Notes: generated from the sequence alone by a model not told the origin. 64,000 nt of DNA from Marsupella aquatica (GCA_973895155.1 OZ316895.1:6684184-6748183), one strand, 5' to 3'. Shown: positions 49,500-63,528, counted from the first letter of the stretch. Translations and numbers: made by a program.

Positions 49500-52061
49500 T
49501 TGCGAGAATCCTTTCTGAGGTCGGTTATTTTTATAGAGCACTCTATTCCCCGGATGCTCCTCAATCAGCACAGAATACCAATGCCAGGGAAAAAATTCTT
49601 CGTCTTTCCTGCCCCCGTATTTCTGCTGCTGACTCCCACCTTCTGGACTCTATCCCAACTATTGAGGAACTCTTTTTTGCAGCAAATTAAGACTCAGAAG
49701 AATAAGGCCCCATGCATCGACGGTCTTACTATTGAAGTGTTTTTAAGCTGTTGGAAATTTATTGCTCCGACCTTTCTAGCAATGATAGTCTCCTTTTGGC
49801 ACGATGGACCCTGTTAAACATAGCTTCAAAAATCATCTCCAAGCTAATTGCAATCAGAATAAGTAGGGTGCTGCCTCATATGGTAAACAAACAGCAAACC
49901 GGATTAGTTCCCTGTAGGCAAGTTCTTGATAACATATCCTTAGCATGGCTAGCTTGTGATTGGCTAACCATTAACAATGTTCCTACCCTTTTTCTCAAGA
50001 TGGACTTTGCCAAAGCCTTTGACCGAGTTGACCACAGCTACATCCGTGAAACATTGTTAATTATCATTGGGATTAAGTATCATGCTCACCCGTAATATAA
50101 TGGGACTTATGACCAATGTATTTGCTAAGGTCCATGTGAAAGGACAATTCACTGAACCCATTCCTCTTCTACTGGGAGTTCATGAGGGGTGTCCTTTGGC
50201 CAATTGATCTATGCACTATCGACTCAGCCTGTTGGCTGGAAAGGCACATGGAATAAAAATAAATGGCAAACTCACTCTTTTCCATAAATGTTTTCTGACG
50301 ACCTCGAAGTATTCACTCCTGCCAGTGAATCATGTTTCCAAGAAATCAGACAAATAATGGAATTATACAAGCTAGCTGCAAGAGGGCGCCTTAACCTAGA
50401 AAAGACCCACGTGATCATTTATTGTCTAGATGCTCCTCCGCAGTGGATGGCCGACTCTAATTGTATCATTATTTCTAAGGGTCAATTGTCCTCTTATCTT
50501 GGTGCACCAATCGGGCAGTCTCGAACGAGACTGCAGCTCCAAGAATATTGTATGAAAAAATTGCTTAAGAGATTAGCCAGTTGGTCAAACAAAAGCTTCT
50601 GTTTTACCGGTCGTGTAATTCTTATTAAATAGGTACTGCTATGGATGACAGTCTATCATATGATGTATTCTCAGTTTGCCCATAGTTTTAATTATAGATT
50701 TGATTAGGCAGACCTGTAAGGACTTCCTTTGGGGGTTTAACAAAGAAGGAGGAGGGAAAACTCTCCTTGTCTCTTGGGATCGTTTGTGCAGACAGAGGGA
50801 TTGGTTGTAAGGACATACAGGCATGGGCGTTGCTAGCTCGTTGGTCGGTTCATACGATCTCAAACCCAGAGTTGGATTGGGCTATTCTCTTCTCAGTCTG
50901 CCAATCTTTGGTTGGCTGCCTGGAAAAATTCCATTCTGCTCAGGCAATCGAATTACTCAACTATGGACCGTTTCTTGTTCTCCTCTCCATCTAGCTTTCG
51001 GGGAATGTCTTACACGGCGGGAATTTGGAAAGCATGGGCTAAGATCCAGAGCAACATGCTATGGTCATCGGGCTCTCTTGCTATCCCGGCTAGATGGCGA
51101 AAAGAAGATCTTCTTAACAAATCTTTTCGCTCACTATGTTTCCCTATTTCAGCTATACCAAAGATCATCACACTCAGCATGCTCACTTAAAAATATTAGA
51201 GCAGTCTCGAATTTGTGGAATTGGCAATCTTCTGAATGGATTGACTTCTCGTCCCGTATCTCTAGGTTGAGAGGGTATAGTGAATTAGAATTGGCTGTCT
51301 TTTCCAGAATAACTTACTTCTCCAGTCAGGTTCGGCCACCTTCCCAATCTTTATCCTTCGTTCAATCTCAATGGTTCTGGAAGGGTCTCCAGAATCATCG
51401 ATCCCCACATTTTTTGAGTAGCACATACGCATACAAACTATTGGACAGGTCTGAAGGTGACTTCTGCACATTAAATACCAGATGGGGCACATCCGACTCT
51501 GCTGCCATCTGGCAGAAGCAATGGAGGAGACTTTGGAGTTCTGATATTTCAAATAGTGGAAAGATATTCTTATAGAGGCTAGGGTCCTAGCAGCTGGGCT
51601 ATTCTCTGGCAAGCGCGCACAACAATGTGGACATGGAGATGGAAGGTGCCCAGCTTGCCGTCAAGGAGTTGAAGATAATCAACACATTTTCTTCTCTTGT
51701 CACCAAACAATTATTGCGGCCACATTTTCTTCTCTTGTACGTCACCAGTCACCAAACAATTATCGCCTGGAACCGAACCGTACGGTTCTTTGAGAGAATA
51801 CCAGCTCTCTCTCATCTTCTGGGGCCCCATTCCTTCCCAAGTACCTTGGATTTGGCCCTTGGGCATTCTCCAAAGCACACTGCTCGGATTCATGTAATAT
51901 ACGAAACAGTGTGGCTTCTTTGGAAAAATTGTAACCTTCGTTTGTTCCAGAGCATATTTGTTGTATATTCCCCCTTTGCTGCGGCTTCTACCGTTGTTCA
52001 GCATCTCCACTCGGTGGCATATTGCTCAGACGCTGAGAAAAAAAAAAGCGGTTTGCACTAG
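49500..52061 (+). mobile_element. L1-type LINE ORF2 remnant (RT plus zf-RVT region), 5'-truncated and frameshifted
   Basis: KAPCIDG, KQQTGLVPCRQVLDNI, LKMDFAKAFDRVDH, GVHEGCPL, FSDDL, YLGAPIG, WRRLWSS. Confidence 0.9.
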
Positions 52062-52689
52062 GCAGAAAAACTAAGCTCAGGCCCTCTTGCTCATTGCTCT
52101 CATCGTTAAGTTGATCCTCATTTTGTTTAGCCCAACTATTCTCGATCATTGTTCTTGGTACCAATAGTCTATTATTATATTCCCATACAGATAGTTTCGT
52201 AAGGTTTCCCGCTGTTTGTTCCAGGTTATTATAAATATCCTTATTTTCACCTGTTCCCCGATGATGGTTCCTGGTCCCTATTAATCAGTTCCTTTGTCTA
52301 CCCTTGTTCATTCCCATGGCCAAATAGTCCCAGATTCTGTCACTGAAGTAGTGATGTGTTAATGGTGTCAGGTTTTGCAGCCATCTAGCTGTTGGCTGCT
52401 TCTGTTGGGTGTTGAACCCCACTGTTCAGGTGGCTGTGTGGTTCTCCGGTGCCCTCTCTAGTAGATTTTCACCTAGCCCCTTTCCCTGGGCTCATTGGTG
52501 GCATTTGTCTACTACTATCAACTATTATAGGCTTCCTATTTCTTTCTCTGAATCAAAGAAACAAAACAAAAAATAATATCTACAGCTATAGAGGTGTTTT
52601 CTATTCTTCTGAAGCATAAACTCTCCAGGGTTGGCTTTGGAATCTTCTCTCGTAGCATGCATTATTAGAAGTCCTTCTGTTCACTTATT

Positions 52690-53635
52690 CTCAATCCAGA
52701 CATGATTCAGTTATAAAGTTTTAATTATCTCCAGCTACCCAGGAATAAGATGATCTCGATAGTTCTGGGAATTGTTTGACTATAGATATGAGACAAAGTA
52801 GCCAGTGACAGTCTGAGTTAATTTTCTGGTGTGCGCTTTTGGCAGTATTCATGGCAGGGATTCTGACCAATACAATCAATATGATAGACTCTCTCTGAGC
52901 TATCCTTCCTCCTCTGAGCTGGCCATTTTGTATGTTGGAGATCTATTGGGCTCTGGATTATTTGGATAAACGGCGGTTGCTCCCTGGATGCAGGATATTC
53001 TTAGTCCCAAATGGGTGGTTTAGACAATCAGGAACATACTTCCGGCTATCCAAATAATTGGCTTCAGACAAGCACACAGGCCACAACCCTTCTCCAATCT
53101 GCTCAATCTTCCTCACTTTCTATCCATCTCTTTCGTTATTCTCTTCATACACTGAGTAAGAATATTTAGTCCTCTCCTCGGGATTATCTTTTGCTACCCA
53201 CATGATATTGGGAAGACTAGGCTGGCAGGCGCAGATTATTTATTGCATCCACCCAGGAATCTCAAACAATTTGTCTTCTGGGAGACTGATGTATTGGGGG
53301 CATGATTTAAGGCGAGGAAGTGATGGGAGAGAGTAAACATCGGTGGCAAATATTCGGCTCAACGGACATTTTTTGTGTGGTCTGCCAGTAGAGGAAGGAG
53401 CTTGGTTGGCGATCAGTTGGATGTCTGGTTGCAGGTTATGCTATTTGTTTGCTGCTTCTGGTTCATTCTCGTTCTTTGTTAGTTTTAGGTAGTTTCTGCC
53501 ATCTGGCTTTGTTTGGCCCCCTCCTGCCAACTTTGACTAGCCCCTCTCTCCTCCTTTCAGGCAGATGTATTATTTTGTTGCGGGTCTCCCGGGTGGAATA
53601 AAGTCCACCCTTTTTGAAAATAATAATAATAATAA
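52690..53635 (+). mobile_element. Decayed LINE 3' fragment
   Basis: KHTGHNPSPICSI...IHLF zf-RVT remnant; ends in AATAAA followed by (AAT)n. Confidence 0.45.
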
Positions 53636-53807
53636 ATTTAAATTTAAATTTTTAACCCTACAGAGTCCGGATATTATTGGAATGTTCTAATAATTGGTTA
53701 GAAAGACATTAATATTCTTGTAAGTATCAAAATTGGATTAAAAAAATCTTATTGTTTTTTTGATAAAAAATTTAAATCTTCCCTTGAACCAATAAAACTA
53801 TTCTATC

Positions 53808-54985
53808 TGGAGATACTTGACAATCACTACCCTGAGATTTGAGTGATCTGTGGCTGCTAGACTAACCACCTACAAGCTAGATAAAAAAAATAGCCCAGAC
53901 TGGAGCGTATTCATTTAAAGATTAAGGCTAGCAGATGATTTGGGTTTTACGTTGCTGACAACCAACTACCATGTGGTCAACTGTGATACAATAGTCAATC
54001 AGTCATACTATGTTTGGTTCGTTACGGTCTTAATTTTGTCGCGAATCTCGTGCAAGCCATTATGCGGGCGGACAATTTGAAGCAGCCTTAAAGCTTTGAC
54101 CAGCAGAAGTGGCAGCTTACGCCTTCCCTCTTTTCGCCGGGCAAATTGTGGATGCTCTGACAGCGTTGCATGTACTTTGTCTGATACTAGACTGAGGTAC
54201 GTGCAGTCGGGATAGTGGAAAACTTTCAATTCAATTGTGATCCAGGTATATGTTCAGTTACACGAATTGCGTATATATTTGCGAATAGGTCGACTCTATG
54301 GAACAGTTGTTTACTGATCGAGACGGCATATCCACTATCAAATTTGGTAGACGAACTTGTTCTCGTTTGTATGCTTGAGTGTGCATATGTATATCACGCG
54401 CTTCGAAGGCACTGAGAATTGTACGTTGGGCCTCTACCTTAGTTATGACATAAAGTTACCTGCGAGGTTCTAGATTCTAGCTCAAGTGATTTGAGTATTA
54501 AATTTTTGATAAGATCTTGGGATCTTCAATTCTAGTCCAAACCAATATCGGATGGAAATTTTCCAAGAATGAGAAATCTGGACTCAGTACGTGATTCCGG
54601 AGAAAATAAATGTACGTGGTCCAAAAGTTTAAGCGAGATAGAGACAAGAAGTGGTCGAAATGTATTCTGTATTATGAAGCATTTGCTTCTCCTAGCATAT
54701 TTTCTAAATGTCAGGGCTGTCAGTACGTGATCTGCTGGTCCAGTCTCTGCGTCGTTGCAAAGTCTACCCAGATAGAGAAAATGAAAACTTACTCTGAAAT
54801 ATTCACTTAGTGTAAGACCCATGCCACTGACAAATCATAATGTATTTTCCATCTACGATAGTAATTCTGCTATAAACGAGGGTCTCATATTCTTAAACTC
54901 GCACTGAAATTTCCTTTCAATGGTCTGTGATGACCTGGACAAATCATCGACATGTTGTGAGAACGATGGAACGATGGAATGACTT
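53808..54985 (+). repeat. Segmental duplication copy B, paralogous to 13010-14120
   Basis: Collinear with 13010-14120; lies upstream of MTPSL4 as copy A lies upstream of MTPSL2. Confidence 0.92.
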
Positions 54986-55994
54986 GGGATTTGCGGCTTG
55001 GAGCCGCGTGGAGCAAGTAAGAGGTTTTGGCGGGACGAGGTTCAGGGTTTAAGCATTAAACCCTGGTCTTTGGCCCTATCCCCACCCAATTCAGTGTTAA
55101 TTGACAGTCAGTAGAACACAGCCAGCATAGTCTGGTTAAGCTACCAGTTTTTTACACCCTTGATGCGCAAACAATCTGCTTCCCACGAGTGTATAGAGCA
55201 AGTTTTTGAGCATTGGAACACTTTGGAAACGAACACATTTATGTCAAGAGTATTGGATCAGGCTTGGCAGATTGAAGGTTGCGGGAAGCTGTCATTGTTG
55301 GTTGAATGGAGGCCAAACAGGAGGTCAAACTTGAATCAACAGATGCAGAAAGCACAAAGGAATGGGACGATGAATAAGTCTAGAGGGAGGCAACCAAATT
55401 AAATCACTAGTCCTACGGCTTTGACAAATTGCAGCAACTCAGAGTGAGAGGGGCGTAAGCCAGGAGGGTCAAGACCAGGCAGGCAAGAGGAGGAACATTG
55501 ATGGAAAGCAAGGCCATGAAACTTATTTGGAAGGATTCTTTCGCTAAAACAACAATTATTTATAATGTCAGGGAGGCACTCCAGGAGGAGATATAGAATA
55601 TATGAGAGACCCATTTTTCATGAACTCAATCATGATGCAGTTAGCTCTGAACTGCAGGCAACCAACCTAGTTTCGATGACTATTTCATCAAAAATGACAT
55701 GCGGCAAGGGTTCTTAGGCTGTCTTTGATCTAGAAAAATGTTGCAACTCTACGTCCTACTATACTTGTGCTATCATTGTGAGTTTCAGCTGGTGCCTTGG
55801 ATGAGTCCAAGTAAAGTTAGTGAACCCCCCTCTGATCTTGACCACATTGCTATTACCGTTGTTATTTTTGTTTTTCTACTTTAGTTCAAAATGTTTAAAA
55901 ATCAACCTTCACACGTTCTTTGCATATTATTTACAACTCAGGCCCAGGGTTGTTTCTACTTGTTAATTGGTAACTTGTTAATTGGTACTAACTA

Positions 55995-57336
55995 TTGTCT
56001 TCCCCCGAACACAGCGCCCTGGCGCTCTGTTCAAATATGGTCAAAACAAGGACTTTAGGCAAAAAAGACGTTTTCACTCGAACATAACGCCATACTAACA
56101 CAGCGCCCGGGCATTGTGTTCGAAATTGACTTTGTTCAAAATGTGCACAAGTGACTATAGGAGAAAGGTAACCGGGTTGCAACTACAATACGTTACTTAA
56201 AATCGTCCGACACATCCGCTCTTTCGACTTACAAAATTCATCATCCTTTGAGAAATGTAAGCTAATTTCAAAATCCTTCATTCTCAGAGAAGTGTGCGTT
56301 GTTTCCAAAATGTTAAGCAGCAATCCGGAAGTATCGATATATTCTTCTGCTGTGTGAACTTTCAACGGACTTTCACATCAACCTCTGAGTGATGCCACAG
56401 CGTCTCGTCAAAGAAACCCATAGTGCATACGTGCATAATTAGGTCTGACGACTCACTTTCTATATTTTCAATTTTCCATTGCCCTCAAGATCCAAGCACT
56501 CCAATAGAAAAAAAGCAGTCTTATGAACATTCCAGATTGCATGAAGAAAGGTTAAATAATAGAAACAAACAAATTGGCCACAATTAACCAAACAACTCTG
56601 AAAAGCTTGGGGGTCTCACTATATGGAGACCTCCCTATCACCTGTGACGTTTTTAGGCCTCGGACACCCTAAAATGTAAGTAAAAGAATTTATTTTTTAA
56701 CCCCTATAAAGTTATTTGATTAAAAAAACTCTAATGTTCTTATAAATCTCAAAATTGGATTCCAATGACCCTATTGTTCTTCTACAAAACTTCTTAAGTC
56801 TTCCCTCAATCCAAACCAATAAAACAACCCTATAGTTACTTCGTCGTACGTGATGTGTCATTTTTGTGAAAGTGAAACCCCCGAGCTGAAAAGTGGGCGA
56901 ATATGTTTTACTAAGTGATAATTGTACACTTGGTACATATGGTTTGTCGGGTTTTGTTTTTTGTATTGCAAATTGATTTCTCCCCTTGTGTAATTTCAGT
57001 GGTTCAATTATTTAGCTACACATCCTTTGACCTGAGCAAATATTGTTGGGAAGTCAAAAAAACCTAAACTTGAACACACTCCCTCTTTAATACACATAAT
57101 TTCTATGCCTATCATTCTTACTTACAGCCTACATGCATCTCACAATGCCAAAATTCAAGCACATTACCTTAAATTTGAACACAATGCCACATTCCTAACA
57201 CAGCACCACAAGTCCAAAAAATGAAAACATTGACTTCAAACTCAAACACAACACCTTGGGCGCTATATTTGAATAGAGCGCCCCTTGGTTCACTATTTGA
57301 ATATAGCGCTCGGGCCTTGTGTTCAGGGGAAGATGG
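55995..57336. mobile_element. Non-autonomous TIR element, pogo/Tc1-mariner-like ends, hosting a MITE
   Basis: Imperfect TIR of about 40 bp, TCTTCCCCCGAACAC...GCGCT..TTCAAATA, with TA on both sides. An alternative reading is (A/C)ACTA...TAGTG with an ACT TSD at 55990-57341. Confidence 0.6.
56606..56885. mobile_element. MITE, 280 bp, same terminal type
   Basis: CTTGGGGG...CCCCCGAG termini; 8-bp TSD CTGAAAAG (56598-56605, 56886-56893); resembles the 40329 MITE in reverse orientation. Confidence 0.88.
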
Positions 57337-59084
57337 TAGTGACTGATAACTGGTAACTATTACTCGCTATTGAACTGCACATAACTTTCCTGGTTGTTCT
57401 CCCATTGGTTCTGGTCCCAATTCCGCTTACAAAGTCATTCTCAATGCGTTCATCTTCCCCTGGTGTCTTGAGCTTGAGTTCTCCTATACCCCCACCTATA
57501 CCCGTCTCCATATTCTCTATCTTTCCCCCACTAATAGTTTCGCTGGTCTCTTTTCCTTTTTGTCTATATGTTGAACTTGTTATCATTGTATGAAACCCTA
57601 ATTATATCTGTCAAGTACATTTTTGTTTTGTTTTCCACTACTTTTATTGCCCAACATTCATTCATGGCAAGTTTACAATTTCTCTTTTGATCTCTACTTT
57701 GCTCATGAAAATCCTGTTTATTCATGCCAAACAACTGAGATCCAGCCTCTTCCCATATATACTTGGTAGATTAATCTCATCATTCACTTGTACATGGAAA
57801 TTGAACATATATCACCTTGATCCAATTGGCCGACATTGATGGTTAGCAAGATTCTGCTTTTGTGTCATCACTATGCTCTTCTCTACTCTGTCTAGCTATT
57901 CGCGCACTTGGCCCTAAAGCACAAAACTTGAAACCTTCCAACAGGACATTGCAGCCTTAGTGAATCAAGGTGCTGCCATACATGCCCCACATTGCTGAAA
58001 TGGTGACTCCTATTAATCTGAAGAGTCCTGACTGATCCATTGCACCACTAAGATCTTCCTACTCCTGTTTCTCAAAATCAAGTCTCTACTGAAAATGAAA
58101 ACTCTTTCCCGTTTACAGATTTTATATACTATTCTGCTAACCAATACTTTAGTTGTTTCTCTATAATTGTTAACTAACAAAACCTGTGTTTTACTTAGCA
58201 GTTTAGTTAATTTGGCACTTGGCCATTTTTCTGTCGCATACAAGCCTTTGATCCTATGCATTAACCTAGACCATTCTATATGAGGAAGAATTAAGCTCAG
58301 GAAGAAGCAATTAATATAGCCCCTTGAATGATCAATCTGTGCAATGGTCCACTTGCATACTTTAGGGTTTAGGCTTCATGGATTGAAATTTATAATACAA
58401 GAAGGGTCAAATTAATCCTTTGGAGTCCTCTTTTATAAGATATATAGGAGTCTATAACAAGATGAGAAACTGAGTATTCTCTATGGCCAAAAATAAATAT
58501 ACTGCAGGGGTACATACCAGGCACGGGGTGGTTCACATGGGTTCACACAGTATTTACAAATAACAAGGGTATTCTCCACCTATGGCCAAAAAAATAATAA
58601 CTAGGGGGACCCTGCATGTAAGTGTGTCATTGTAAGACAGTGTGTCATTGTGTGTCATTCTTCACTATCCCATCAAATCATGGACCCCATTTGCCACAAT
58701 CTAACGGTCTTACATAAATCTAGGGATATTTGTGGGATATTTGAGGGTCAGAAAATAATTTAGGAAAGAGAGAATTTTCTAAGTTATTCATAGCATCTCC
58801 TTTAGAGAGGCACACTGGCTAAAAAAAATACCTTAGAAAATACTTGTTTACATAGTTTACTAAGAGTAGGGGCCCAGGGGTTCTCCTACTCTTGCTCTGA
58901 ATAACTTTTGGCAAGCCCTCTTGCCTTCATGCACCACTTTCGGCCTCTGTGAGATTCGTCGATACCTCACATCAGACGTTGTTGGTTGGTTCAAGTCCTT
59001 TTAAAAAATGTTCTACCTCGTTTGACTATGGCCTGAATTGAGCAAAGTCAAAAAATGAAGACTGGTGGACTTGTTTAATTCACC

Positions 59085-59093
59085 TATATATAA
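59085..59093 (+). promoter_or_regulatory. Candidate TATA box of MTPSL4
   Basis: Same conserved TATATATAA...AGCTCAGAGCTA block. Confidence 0.6.
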
Positions 59094-59657
59094 TAAAGAG
59101 AGCTCAGAGCTAAAAAGTCTGAATGTCTTTCACCACTTGGCGTCTCCACTCACAGACTTCGTTTTCCATACTTTGAGATTCAGTCTGAGTGGTTTTCATC
59201 GTTACGTCTCCAAGCTTGACCAGTGTGCATTCCAGTCCACCCTTGGCCTCCAGTCTTTGCCATTTGACGAACCCTATATCCACTGCTCCCATTCAACCGT
59301 TCCACCTTGTCACATGTTCTGTTTAGCCTTCAGATTTGCGGTCTATTCCCCGATCTACACTTCTCCCATTCAATCGTTCCGCCTTGTCACATTTTCTGTT
59401 CAGCATTCAGATTTGCGAACTTTACTTCTCTTCCGCGCTTCCAAGTCTCATAAACTTGTCATGCCTCTTCGTCCCGGATTTATTGAGAGGAAGCCTCGTC
59501 TGGACAGCATTTCACTTGTAAGGATCTTGGCCTCATGGTTGGGTAACCTGCTTTATGTGCAGACAAAGTGATTAAGGCAGGTTGAATCGCTTCCGTCGAG
59601 AAATTAGTTCTACTCCTCTGCTTGCACAAGTATTGAAGGAACCCCGTTGGTCGGAGG

Positions 59658-61690
59658 ATGGCATCGGCGGCAGATCCTCGCAGTGGCGACTCTGATAAGT
59701 CCGGTCCAATAAAGGTTGAGGTGTGGAGTGAGATAGACAGACAGGAGCAACTCCTTCATTATAAGACTCCTGAGTTTACGATGCCATATCCCAACGGCAT
59801 CAACACCTATGCCGCCAAGGGTAGCAAGGACACACACGACTGGCTGCTTGAGCGCGGCATACATACAGTATTCTCTCCTGAAGTCTTTGCCAAATTTGTG
59901 CAGTCGAACTTCCCGGAGCTGGCGAGCAGGGTCTACGTCGACCATGGGCCTGCGGCCCATGACTGGGCTTGCAAGTTCTTCACCTGGCTGTTTGTCCTGG
60001 ACGATCAGATGGACGACACAGCCCTCGGGATGAAGAGGGGGTCTTCGGTGCCACTGTTGCTTGAACTGCATCTGGTGCTCTTGTGGAACTTCCCCGATGA
60101 ACCAGTTCTGCACAAAAACCTGATGAGGATTCTCGATGAGTTTCCCAACTCTGAGCTCCGGGAGCAGAATCGGGAGTTCATCGACAATATTTTGAAGAGG
60201 GCAAAGACGTTCCCCTTCGAAACAGGTTCGTGGACGAACTACGTCTTAACGTCTAGAAAGTTATATCAAGTTCCAGCCAAACCTCAGAGTCTAAGCGAAA
60301 TTCCTTGTTAGTTCATTACTATTTTCAGAATTAGCTAGCATGACTGGAGGAACGTCGATCCTATCTGTTTGGATCCCCATGAATTTAATTCCTAATCGTT
60401 GAATAGGATATGGATGGCAGTATATGATGGAAAACTGGAGCCAACGGCAGCGGCCTTGCGCGACTTGTGGGCCAGCTCTGTGAGGACGATGCCACAAGAA
60501 TACAACCTTCGATTAGCACACACGATCCAGGATTACTTCCTAGGAAATCTGGCTGAGGCGAGAAATCGAGAAGATGAAACTATTCCTTCTATTGAATCTT
60601 ATACGGTCATCCGTAGAAAGGCGGGCGCTATCGAGCCGACAATTGTAAGTGGGCTTCTTGCGTGATATCACTTTGTCGAAAGTTGAACCCTTGTATGCCT
60701 AGCTTCACCATTCTTGACATCTAAAATGACCTCACTCATAAAGATCTGGAGCAGTTTAAGTAAGTGGAACCACTTACGTAATCGTCGATCAAGAGCTTAA
60801 ATGATTTGTCCTCGAGAGAGGTACATAGCTCCATTGCTCCATATTCCCTCCAGACGACTTGAGCTTAAAACTGCAAAACCTTGGCTTGTAATTTCACTTC
60901 TTGGATCCTCACGACTATAGTCAGCATCTAGCTTGATTGAGACATATATTGCTGATTTGGTGCAAACCATGTAGTTAAGGATTTTAAGAGCTTTTATGAT
61001 TTTGATTTCAGGTAATGACCGACCTTTTCGAGGAGCAGTACTTGCCCAGCGATTTGTTCGAAAGTCCTCCAATGCAGCAAATGAGGGACGCAATCAACGA
61101 CATGGTTTGCTGGCATAACGATATATGGTCCTTCCCTAAGGTGTGTATTGCTTATAAATTACATATACTGGATGGTTTTGGTAATAGCTAAAAATCCTTC
61201 ATTTGATCAACATGGACAACTGAATTTGAGACATGTAGGACGTACTCACAAGTAGTTTAAGTTTCGGCGCCGTTTGCCACAAGGTCATATAGTCTTGTAT
61301 TTTTAATCCGAGCAATTAAGTGTGTGCAGACTGTTAAGTTGGCTCCACTGAAAAACTTAGTTAGTGGAGACTCAGTGTAGCCGTCGTGGTGGTTGTTCTG
61401 ACAGAGTATATATGACGATTTGTTTACTGCAGGAAATGGCACGAAGAGATGTCCACAATTTGGTTTTTTTGATAAGCCTCGAACGTAAGGACAGTCCCTA
61501 CCAAGAGTGTGCATTCGTTGCCCAGAAGATGATTTACGATAGGATCACCGATCTCGAGAAAGCAGCTGTAGATCTGCTGGCCATCACTCCTCCAGCTTAT
61601 GAGAAAGTTGTGCGGAGATACATCAAGACATGCCACTATTGGCTTTCAGGCACGCAAGCTTGGCACAAAGGATGTGCTCGTTATCAGTGA
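59658..61690 (+). CDS. MTPSL4, about 392 aa, 4 exons
   Basis: Exons 59658-60225, 60421-60644, 61012-61140 and 61433-61690 join in frame with GT-AG introns. Motifs DDQMDD, RRKAGA, NDIWSFPKE, WHKGCARY. Confidence 0.94.
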
Positions 61691-63528
61691 TCTTCCGATT
61701 CCAATTATACTAACCTCACATTGACCTAACGAAGAGAAGGCACAGTGGTGGAATCTTAAAATTCGTTCTGTATCGGAGGGTAGGGTACGGTAATTGAGAA
61801 TAATATGATTATATTCGCATGATGAGAAATATAGTGCAGACATTGAATGGCTTAATTTAGCTTTGGAAGGCAGCCACATTCTATGGAGACCTGACTGTGG
61901 GCGATCCAAAGTTAAGGGACAGGAGTTGGGCCTCGTAGCGGGATGTAGTTCATATTCAAGGGCTACGCTTATAAGACAAAATGCTACGTTTATAAGACAA
62001 AATGCTCCTATGTGTTTGTCATTTGTGGTGAAAATCTGCACTTGACTGTGCATTTTTGGTGCATTTATAAGCAAAGCACTGGAATGTTAGTGATTACAAG
62101 ACTGGCCTGCAGTTGTCCATGGAATGCACTTATACACTGTGCACTCGTGCACAATAGCCTGTATTATGTCTGGTGCACTACCACCTTTCAATCCTTAGAG
62201 AATTGTGTAGCAGTGATTTTGCCCACTGATAAGTTAAAGCAGCCTGAAATAAAAGCTTCAACCAGTGTTGTGGTCGCAGCTTAATATGCCTTCCATCTTT
62301 TAGGCCAAATTGTGGAGCTTAGAGCATTCCAACATTTTTCTGGATACTAACATTTACCCAAAACGTGAAGAAAAACAACTTGGTTCATGTACACCTATGG
62401 TCTCACTACTTATACAACTGACTTTGAGCACGGCACAATACTGGTACCAGTGGTGGGGACACTGAAGGGGAGGCCTTGCATCCTGCATCCAGGTTTCATC
62501 TCAAAATGAGAAAAGATTGCAAATGATGTCAAATAGGAAGGCTACCTGTTGTTGAAAGTTGCTGCTGCAAGTGGAAATCCTATAAGGCTACTGAACTCTA
62601 AAGCATTAGTGAGAATCTTACTAATAAAGTGCGATACAAACTAAGCCACTTTCCAGGGCTACATGGTCTAGAGGGAAGCCTCTAGAGTAACTCTCAATAA
62701 GGACAAAATTGAAAGTATTGGAATTTACTACATTGCCACAATGTTTTGGCCATAATATATACAATCATCACCACATATTTTCCCCTATTTATCACAATGT
62801 CATTATAGGGGCCACTGTTTTTAATTGTGGGTTAAAAAATTTAATCCAGGTTAGGTCCTTCACATCAGATGGCTATCATCGCACCCAATTTTGGGATGGA
62901 ATCGCACCCAATTTTGGGATGGAATGGCTTGGGTCTCCCTCAACTAAGGTGGCTTTGACCAGTCACCGTTAGATCAGTTGACTAAGGGCAGGTTGGGTGG
63001 TCCTGTCATCCCATCCTACACATGGCCTTTGTCAAGGGCCAGCCTGTCCCTATGCATAGCCTTTGCTTCTGTCCTGCTGAGGGTGATGAAAGTCACAAGG
63101 AAGGAGACTGGAGGTATCCGATCCCAGGACTGGGTATAATGATAGCCATTGGATGTGTAATTTTTTTTTACCCATAATCAAAGACAATGGCATCGTGATA
63201 AATAGAAGAAAATGAGTGACAATGCCTATAATATGCCAAAAAGAGTGACAGTGTGATAAATCCCAGAAATTTGAAAATGAAATTAAACAAAAAAAACATG
63301 AATGGGGCAAAGATGAACTAAAACATAGCATAGAGCTTCTTCTTCTTTTTGCAGGATCCTTTTTTTATTGTTCTCTATGTTATTGAAGGAACCAGTAATC
63401 AGCGAGTTGTCACCAAAAGGACAGAATTCACATAGACTTCCAATTCATAGATATAGAATTCATGAGATCATTGTGCCCTGAAATCGTTCTGAAATAGTTG
63501 CTGGTTGCTGAAATCATTGCATTGAAAT

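Noticed and set aside
59065-59571. 168-aa ORF upstream of MTPSL4 (and 31372-31725, 2694-2888) as a separate gene or transit-peptide exon
   Set aside because: It spans the TATA box and leader, and the reading frame is not conserved between paralogs.
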